Below, piece by piece: positions 57,597-64,000 of a stretch of 64,000 nucleotides of DNA. How positions within the stretch are numbered: position 1 is the stretch's first letter; every line of letters starts with the position of its first letter. The DNA is taken from the NCBI GenBank assembly GCA_017656135.1, contig JACDOJ010000002.1, forward strand, positions 65,120-129,119. Direction: 5' to 3'. The notes under the pieces were generated by a model. It saw only the letters and a program-made list of their open reading frames with translations. It was not told the DNA's origin and ran no database searches. The stretch comes from Bacillota bacterium (GTDB lineage: Bacteria > Bacillota > UBA5301). The position numbers and the translations under genes were made by a program.

Positions 57597-59842
57597 AGGA
57601 ACCTACTCTTACGGAAATTAAAGAAAACCGGCTCTGGCGCTCCATGGGCTTAAGCGATGAGGAGTACCAAAAGATCTGTGAAACCTTGCAGAGGGAGCCT
57701 AACTACACCGAGCTGGGTATGTATGCGGTCCTCTGGTCGGAGCACTGCGCCTACAAACACACCCGCCCCTTCTTCAAGCTCTTTCCGACCAGCGGGGAAC
57801 GTATCCTCCAAGGCCCCGGAGAGAACGCTGGGATAGTGGATATTGGTGACGGTTGGGCTGTGGTCTTCAAGGTGGAGAGCCACAACCACCCTTCGGCCAT
57901 CGAACCCTACGAGGGGGCGGCCACCGGTGTCGGCGGTATCCTCCGGGACATCTTCACCATGGGGGCGAGGCCTATAGCCTGCCTCAACTCCCTGCGTTTC
58001 GGTGAGCTAGCCAATGATCGGGTTAAACACTTGGTCAAAGGAGTGGTTTCCGGAATCGCCGGCTACGGAAACGCTGTGGGGGTCCCCACAGTAGGAGGCG
58101 AGGTCTACTTCGATCAGGGCTACGCCGGAAACCCATTGGTCAATGTGATGGCCGTCGGTCTGGTCCGGCACGAGCAGATCACTAAAGCGGTAGCTTCAGG
58201 TGTCGGTAATCCGGTGATGGTGGTTGGCTCCTACACCGGCCGGGATGGCATCCACGGCGCCACTTTTGCCTCTGAGGAGTTGACTGAGGAATCCGAGGAG
58301 CGGCGGCCAGCGGTTCAGGTGGGCGACCCCTTCACTGAGAAGCTCTTGATCGAAGCCTGCCTGGAACTGATCAGCTCAGGGGTAGTCGTAGGCATCCAAG
58401 ACATGGGGGCAGCGGGTTTGACCAGCTCAGCTTGTGAGATGGCCAGCCGTTCCGGCAGCGGTATCGAGATGGATATCTCCTTGGTCCCCAGGCGGGAAGC
58501 GGGAATGACCCCCTATGAAGTCATGCTCTCCGAGTCTCAGGAGCGAATGCTGGTGGTCCCCAAGGACGGTTCGGAGGAACAGGTGAAGGCGATTTTTGCC
58601 AAATACGGCTTGCCGGCAGTAGTGGTCGGCAGGGTCACCGACGACGGTATGATCCGCATCTATGACGGGGAGAAGTTGGTCGCGGAAGTTCCGGCCAAAT
58701 CCCTCTCCACCGACGGAGCACCGGTATACCTCCGGGAAGGGAAGCGCCCTGCTTATTTAGACGAGGCACACAGCTTCGATCCGGAGATCCTGCCGCTAAA
58801 ATCCGATTACACCGCCGATCTTTTGAAACTGTTGGAGTCGCCGACCATTGCCAGCAAAGAATGGATTTACCGGCAGTATGACCACATGGTTCAGCTCAAC
58901 ACAGTAGTTCCCCCGGGTCCGGCCGATGCCGCCGTCCTGAGGGTGAAAGGGACCACCAAGGGCATTGCAGTGACCATCGACGGCAATGGCCGCCAGGTGT
59001 ACTTGGATCCTTACCAGGGTGCAATGGCTGTGGTGGCCGAAGCCGCCCGGAATCTGATTTGCTGTGGTGCGGAGCCTATCGGACTCACCGACGGCCTGAA
59101 TTTTGGAAACCCGGAAAGGCCTGAGGTGTACTGGCAGTTGGAGCAGGCCATCAAGGGGCTGGCCGATGCCGCCAGGTTCTTAGGCATCCCAGTCACCGGT
59201 GGAAACGCAAGCTTATACAATGAGTCCTCTGGGGAGGCCATCTATCCTACGCCCATCGTCGGTATGGTCGGTCTTTTGGAAGACATCAGTACCAGACTCA
59301 CCAGCTCCTTCAAAGAGGTCGGGGATGTTATCGCCTTGCTGGGCTGGCCCGGCAGCGAGCTAGGGGGCAGCGAGTATCTGAAACTCGTGAACCCGATACC
59401 GGTGGGCAAACCACCTCGGGTGGACCTCGCCCGGGAAAAGGCGCTCCAGAAGGTGATGCTGGAAGCTGCCGGAGAAAGGCTTTTAAAGAGCGCTCACGAC
59501 ATCTCTGAAGGCGGACTCGCCGTCTGTGTGGCCGAATCCTGTCTGCAAGGTGGTTTAGGCGCCGAAATTGAGCTGCCCTGGGAAGGACGCCCTGATGCCC
59601 TGCTCTTTGCCGAATCCGGTGCCCGCATCGTGGTTTCTCTCAAAGGGGAAAACTGGGCTCGCCTGCAGCAGATTGCGAGTGAGAGCGGCGTCCCCCTGAC
59701 CCGTTTGGGCCAGGTTCAGGGATCGGAGATCCAGTTTCGCCATACCGGAGTCGAGCACCCGCTGATCACGGTATCAGTGCGACAAGCCAAGGATGTTTGG
59801 AAGATGGCGCTGGAGAAGGCGCTTTTGGCTGAAAGGGGTTAG
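57593..59842 (+). CDS. purL: FGAM synthase subunit PurL
   Basis: [28 protein letters not shown]. Confidence 0.97.
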   Translation: MKEPTLTEIKENRLWRSMGLSDEEYQKICETLQREPNYTELGMYAVLWSEHCAYKHTRPFFKLFPTSGERILQGPGENAGIVDIGDGWAVVFKVESHNHPSAIEPYEGAATGVGGILRDIFTMGARPIACLNSLRFGELANDRVKHLVKGVVSGIAGYGNAVGVPTVGGEVYFDQGYAGNPLVNVMAVGLVRHEQITKAVASGVGNPVMVVGSYTGRDGIHGATFASEELTEESEERRPAVQVGDPFTEKLLIEACLELISSGVVVGIQDMGAAGLTSSACEMASRSGSGIEMDISLVPRREAGMTPYEVMLSESQERMLVVPKDGSEEQVKAIFAKYGLPAVVVGRVTDDGMIRIYDGEKLVAEVPAKSLSTDGAPVYLREGKRPAYLDEAHSFDPEILPLKSDYTADLLKLLESPTIASKEWIYRQYDHMVQLNTVVPPGPADAAVLRVKGTTKGIAVTIDGNGRQVYLDPYQGAMAVVAEAARNLICCGAEPIGLTDGLNFGNPERPEVYWQLEQAIKGLADAARFLGIPVTGGNASLYNESSGEAIYPTPIVGMVGLLEDISTRLTSSFKEVGDVIALLGWPGSELGGSEYLKLVNPIPVGKPPRVDLAREKALQKVMLEAAGERLLKSAHDISEGGLAVCVAESCLQGGLGAEIELPWEGRPDALLFAESGARIVVSLKGENWARLQQIASESGVPLTRLGQVQGSEIQFRHTGVEHPLITVSVRQAKDVWKMALEKALLAERG

Positions 59843-59848
59843 AAGAGT

Positions 59849-61225
59849 ATGTGTGGAGTTTTCGGGGTTTTCTTAGAGGAGAGCCAGGAGGCGGCCAGAT
59901 ATACTTACTTAGGTTTATACGCCCTGCAGCACCGAGGCCAGGAGTCTTGCGGAGTGGTGACCTCCGATGGTTCCTTCTTAAGAACCCACAAGGATATGGG
60001 CTTGGTCTCTGAGGTTTTCAATGAGGAAGTCCTCGCGGGGCTCCCGGGGCGCATCGGCATCGGACATGTCCGCTACTCCACTACTGGGGAATCCAGTATC
60101 CTCAACGCTCAGCCTCTGGTAGTTCGGACTCGCTACGGCACTGTGGCCTTGGCCCACAACGGCAACCTGGTCAATTCCTCTCTGTTAGAAAAAGAGCTGC
60201 AGCAGGATGGGGCGGTCTTTCAAAGCACCACAGACACTGAGATTATCCTCAACTTAATTGCCAAAACCAAGGCCAAGAACTTGGAGGAGGCGGTCATCAA
60301 AGCCTGTCGACACCTCAAAGGCTCCTTTGCCCTGACCATCATGACCGATGACACCCTCATCGGTATCCGGGATCCCTTAGGAATCAGGCCCCTCTGCTTG
60401 GGACGTTTGGACCGGGGTTACGTTCTGGCTTCTGAATCCTGCGCTTTGACCAGCGTAGGAGCGGAGTACGTCCGGGAAGTGCTACCCGGCGAAATGATCG
60501 TCATCGGGCCAGGAGGGTTTAACTCGTACTACTACGGCGGACACGGCTCGGAGACCCTGTGCATCTTTGAATACATCTATTTCGCCCGCCCCGACTCGGT
60601 GTTGAGCGGTAAGAACGTCTATAAGGTTCGGACCAGGATCGGAGCTGAGCTGGCCCGGGAGCACCCAATTGAGGCTGATGTGGTGGTGCCGGCGCCTGAT
60701 TCAGGGGTAGCTGCGGCCTTGGGTTTTTCCAAGGAGAGCGGGATCCCCTATGATTACGGTTTAATTAAAAACAGATACGTAGGCAGGACCTTCATCCAAC
60801 CCAGCCAGGGGCTGAGGGATTTGGGGGTCAAGATTAAGCTTAACCCGGTCCCTTCGGTGCTGAAAGGCAAGAGGGTCGTTTTAATCGATGACTCTGTTGT
60901 CCGGGGTACAACCAGTGCCAACACTGTGCGCCTCCTTAAAGAAGCCGGTGCCAGGGAGGTCCACTTATATGTGGCCTCGCCCCCTTACATTAAACCCTGC
61001 TACTACGGTATCGATACCTCTTCAGAAGAAGAGCTTTTGGCGGCCAAGTACTCCTTGGATAAAATCAGTGAGCGCATCGGGGCCGACAGTGTCACCTATC
61101 TCTCTTTAGAAGGCCTGGAAAAGGCGGTCGGCACCGGGGCCGATCAAATGTGCCGGGCCTGTTTCACCGGGAGGTATCCGGTTCCGGTGGTTTTGGAAAG
61201 CGAGGTTAAGGTCAGGTGTTCATGA
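59849..61225 (+). CDS. purF: Amidophosphoribosyltransferase
   Basis: N-terminal MCG, LQHRGQE, GHVRYST, DDSVVRGTT, Fe-S cysteines. Confidence 0.97.
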   Translation: MCGVFGVFLEESQEAARYTYLGLYALQHRGQESCGVVTSDGSFLRTHKDMGLVSEVFNEEVLAGLPGRIGIGHVRYSTTGESSILNAQPLVVRTRYGTVALAHNGNLVNSSLLEKELQQDGAVFQSTTDTEIILNLIAKTKAKNLEEAVIKACRHLKGSFALTIMTDDTLIGIRDPLGIRPLCLGRLDRGYVLASESCALTSVGAEYVREVLPGEMIVIGPGGFNSYYYGGHGSETLCIFEYIYFARPDSVLSGKNVYKVRTRIGAELAREHPIEADVVVPAPDSGVAAALGFSKESGIPYDYGLIKNRYVGRTFIQPSQGLRDLGVKIKLNPVPSVLKGKRVVLIDDSVVRGTTSANTVRLLKEAGAREVHLYVASPPYIKPCYYGIDTSSEEELLAAKYSLDKISERIGADSVTYLSLEGLEKAVGTGADQMCRACFTGRYPVPVVLESEVKVRCS

Positions 61226-62256
61226 TGGCAAAAGAGACGACTTATCAGTCAGCAGGTGTGAACATTCAAGCCGGTTACGAAGTTGTCCGGCGCATCAAAA
61301 AGCTGGTTGCTCCGGTTCAGCCGTCGGCGGTTCTGGAGGGCATCGGTGCTTTTGGAGGCCTTTATGAACTTCCCCACGGCTATCAGGAACCGGTGCTGGT
61401 TTCCGGCTGTGACGGAGTGGGGACTAAGATTCTCATCGCCCGTCGGTGGGATAAGCTGGAGACTATCGGAGTTGACCTGGTGGCCATGTCGGTGAACGAC
61501 ATCGCTGCCATGGGAGCCAAGCCCCTTTTCTTCTTGGATTATCTGGCGGTGGGCAAGCTAGAGCCCGATGAGGCTGAACGCCTGCTGGTAGGCGTGGTGG
61601 AAGGGTGTAAACAGGCGGATTGTGCCCTGTTAGGCGGGGAGACTGCGGAGATGCCCGGGGTCTATGATCCTGGCGAGTTTGATTTGGCCGGCTTCGCCGT
61701 GGGGATCGTGGAAAAATCCAAGATTATTGCGGGTGCCGGTATAGCGCCTGGTGATGTTTTGCTTGGTCTGCCCAGTTCAGGTTTGCACAGCAACGGCTAC
61801 TCACTGGCTCGGAAGATTTGTTTCGAGCTGAACGACTGGACCTTGGATTGGATTCCCCCAGGATTTACTGAGCCTTTAGGAGAGCTGCTGCTTGAACCGA
61901 CCAAGATCTACGTCAAAGCCATTCAGGGAGTGCTCCAGGAGGTAGAGGTCAAGGGGATAGCCCACATCACCGGCGGGGGACTGCCAGAGAATGTAGCCAG
62001 GATCATTCCCCAGGGTTTGACCGCTGTAATTGAAACCGGTAAGTGGCCTGTACCCCCTGTTTTTGACCTGTTGAAAGAGGCCGGCCGGGTGAGTAAAGAG
62101 GAGATGTATTCGGCTTTCAATATGGGAATCGGCCTGGTCTTGGTGATTTCCCCGGAAGCCGCCTGCCTGGCCCAAAAAGCCCTGAGCGCCGCCGGGGAGA
62201 CGGCTTATGTCATCGGATCTGTGGTTTCTGGTGAAGGGGGTGTGCGTCTTGTCTAA
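61222..62256 (+). CDS. purM: AIR synthetase
   Basis: DGVGTK, GGETAEMPG, SSGLHSNGYSL, HITGGG, FNMGIG. Confidence 0.97.
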   Translation: MMAKETTYQSAGVNIQAGYEVVRRIKKLVAPVQPSAVLEGIGAFGGLYELPHGYQEPVLVSGCDGVGTKILIARRWDKLETIGVDLVAMSVNDIAAMGAKPLFFLDYLAVGKLEPDEAERLLVGVVEGCKQADCALLGGETAEMPGVYDPGEFDLAGFAVGIVEKSKIIAGAGIAPGDVLLGLPSSGLHSNGYSLARKICFELNDWTLDWIPPGFTEPLGELLLEPTKIYVKAIQGVLQEVEVKGIAHITGGGLPENVARIIPQGLTAVIETGKWPVPPVFDLLKEAGRVSKEEMYSAFNMGIGLVLVISPEAACLAQKALSAAGETAYVIGSVVSGEGGVRLV

Positions 62257-62857
62257 AAAACGGATACTCATCATGGCCTCAGGTCGGGGAAGCAATATGG
62301 AGGCCATACTGGATGCAGTCCAGGCAGGTCGGATCAACGGTGAGGTGGTGGGAGTCATCAGCAGCAACCCGCGGGCCCAGGCTTTGGAGAAGTGTCGGAA
62401 ACGCGGCATCCGGTCAGTGGTAGTTGACCGGAAGAGTTTCTCCACCAAGTCTACCTGGGAGGAGGAACTTTTGGCTGTCTGCTCCTCTTTTGAGCCGGAT
62501 CTGATCTGCCTGGCAGGATTCATGCACATTTTGAGTTCCAGCTTTGTCAATCGATTCCGAGGGCGGATCATGAACATTCACCCTTCGCTTCTGCCTAGTT
62601 TTCCTGGCCTGGCCGCCCAGAGACAGGCGGTGGAGTACGGGGTGAAGGTTTCCGGATGCACAGTGCACTTCGTTGATGAGGGTATGGATACCGGACCGAT
62701 TATTCTCCAGGCGGCGGTTCCTGTCAAGGATGGAGATGATGCTGACACTTTGGCAGCCCGAATCTTAAAGGAAGAACACAAGCTCTATCCGGAAGCAGTG
62801 AGGCTTTTCTGTGAAGATCGACTGCGCCTGGAGGGCAGGAAAGTATTCAAGCTTTGA
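62249..62857 (+). CDS. purN: GAR formyltransferase
   Basis: [36 protein letters not shown]. Confidence 0.97.
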   Translation: MSKKRILIMASGRGSNMEAILDAVQAGRINGEVVGVISSNPRAQALEKCRKRGIRSVVVDRKSFSTKSTWEEELLAVCSSFEPDLICLAGFMHILSSSFVNRFRGRIMNIHPSLLPSFPGLAAQRQAVEYGVKVSGCTVHFVDEGMDTGPIILQAAVPVKDGDDADTLAARILKEEHKLYPEAVRLFCEDRLRLEGRKVFKL

Positions 62858-62874
62858 GAGGGAGGAATTGGAAA

Positions 62875-64000
62875 GTGGCAACTAAGCGTGCAATTATCAG
62901 CGTTTATGATAAAACCGGAGTGGAAGAGTTCGCCAGGCGCCTGGTGGCCCTAGGTTATGAGTTGGTTTCCACTGGCGGAACCTATAAGGTCTTGAAAGCC
63001 GCCGGCCTTGACGTCACCTACATCTCTGAGGTCACCGGTTTTCCGGAGATTCTCGGCGGCCGGGTTAAAACTCTCCATCCCAAGGTGCACGGCGGCATTT
63101 TGGCCAACCGGGCCCTGCCTGACCACCTGGCTGAGCTGGCTGAGAACGGCATAACCCCAGTGGATTTGGTGGCCGTTAATCTTTACCCCTTCCAAGCCAC
63201 CATAGCCAAAGAAGGGGTCACCATGGAAGATGCCCTGGAAAACATCGATATCGGCGGTCCGACCATGATTCGGGCGGCGGCCAAAAACTTCCCCAGTGTG
63301 ATTGTGGTGACCAATCCTGCTAGATACGATGAGGTTTGTCATCAGCTGGAGACCTCCGGAGACCTGGATTATTCTGCCCGCTTGGAGCTGGCTCAGGAGG
63401 CTTTTGCTCACACGGCCCAGTATGATGCCGCGATTCAGAACTACCTTTGGAAGCAGATAGGCCACGAAGGTTTGCCACAGGTTTTGACCTTAAGCTTACA
63501 GAAGGTTCAGGACCTGCGCTACGGGGAGAACCCCCATCAGAAAGGGGCTTTCTACAAAGAGACAGGAAGTGTGCCCTCGGGAATTCTGAAAGCCCGGCAG
63601 CTCCACGGCAAACAGCTCTCCTTCAATAACATCAATGATGCCAATGCGGCTATGGAGGTTCTTGCGGAGTTTACTGAGCCGGCGGCGGTTTGTTTGAAAC
63701 ACACCAATCCCTGTGGCGTAGCGGTAGGAGAAAATATTTACGAGGCCTACATCAGAGCGTATGAAGGGGATCCAGTATCCATCTTTGGCGGTATTGTTGC
63801 TTTGAACCGGGAGGTGGACAAGGCCACCGCAGAGAAACTCCACGAGATTTTCCTGGAGATAATCCTGGCCCCCAGGTTCAGCCCTGAGGCTTTAGAGATC
63901 CTGACTACCAAGAAAAACCTGCGGCTTTTGGAGATCGACGCACAGGGTTATCAGGCTGATCTGGACTTTAAAAAGGTCGTCGGTGGCCTCTTGGTCCAAG
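62875..64000 (+). CDS. purH: Bifunctional AICAR formyltransferase/IMP cyclohydrolase, 3'-truncated by the window edge
   Basis: Absent from the ORF track. GTG at 62875 after GGAGG reads [15 protein letters not shown]...STGGT...GRVKTLHP...IDIGGP...LRYGENPHQ. Confidence 0.95.
   Translation, partial: MATKRAIISVYDKTGVEEFARRLVALGYELVSTGGTYKVLKAAGLDVTYISEVTGFPEILGGRVKTLHPKVHGGILANRALPDHLAELAENGITPVDLVAVNLYPFQATIAKEGVTMEDALENIDIGGPTMIRAAAKNFPSVIVVTNPARYDEVCHQLETSGDLDYSARLELAQEAFAHTAQYDAAIQNYLWKQIGHEGLPQVLTLSLQKVQDLRYGENPHQKGAFYKETGSVPSGILKARQLHGKQLSFNNINDANAAMEVLAEFTEPAAVCLKHTNPCGVAVGENIYEAYIRAYEGDPVSIFGGIVALNREVDKATAEKLHEIFLEIILAPRFSPEALEILTTKKNLRLLEIDAQGYQADLDFKKVVGGLLVQ

Overview
Core-chromosome segment of an endospore-forming Bacillota (Clostridia-like) bacterium. 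All credible genes but one lie on the + strand. No mobile elements, CRISPR arrays, rRNA or tRNA were seen. Gene blocks: tsaD-like/xseAB/ispA/DUF212, then a ~600-nt OLE RNA with oapA, then dxs-tlyA-nadK-argR-recN-spoIVB-spo0A; a steA/steB-like pair with two glycosyltransferase-type genes and nfo; spore/cell-wall hydrolases and deacetylases; dapB-dpaAB-asd-dapG-dapA-rnj-tepA-ylzJ; yggS-sepF-proC-yggT-ylmH-divIVA, a T-box and ileS; lspA-lgt-rluD; PyrR attenuator-pyrR-uraA-carAB-purE; and a ykkC-type (PRPP-class) riboswitch ahead of purBCSQLFMNH. The standout is the OLE ncRNA/OapA locus, a known but poorly understood class. Other notable points: five sporulation-type genes share a hairpin that hides the RBS in read-through transcripts; carAB has tandem ARG boxes over an internal promoter; XseB ends in an SSB-tail-like DDLPF; Spo0A is divergent; and the single reverse-strand gene has a structured leader. 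All calls were made by eye from motifs and synteny, with no database searches.
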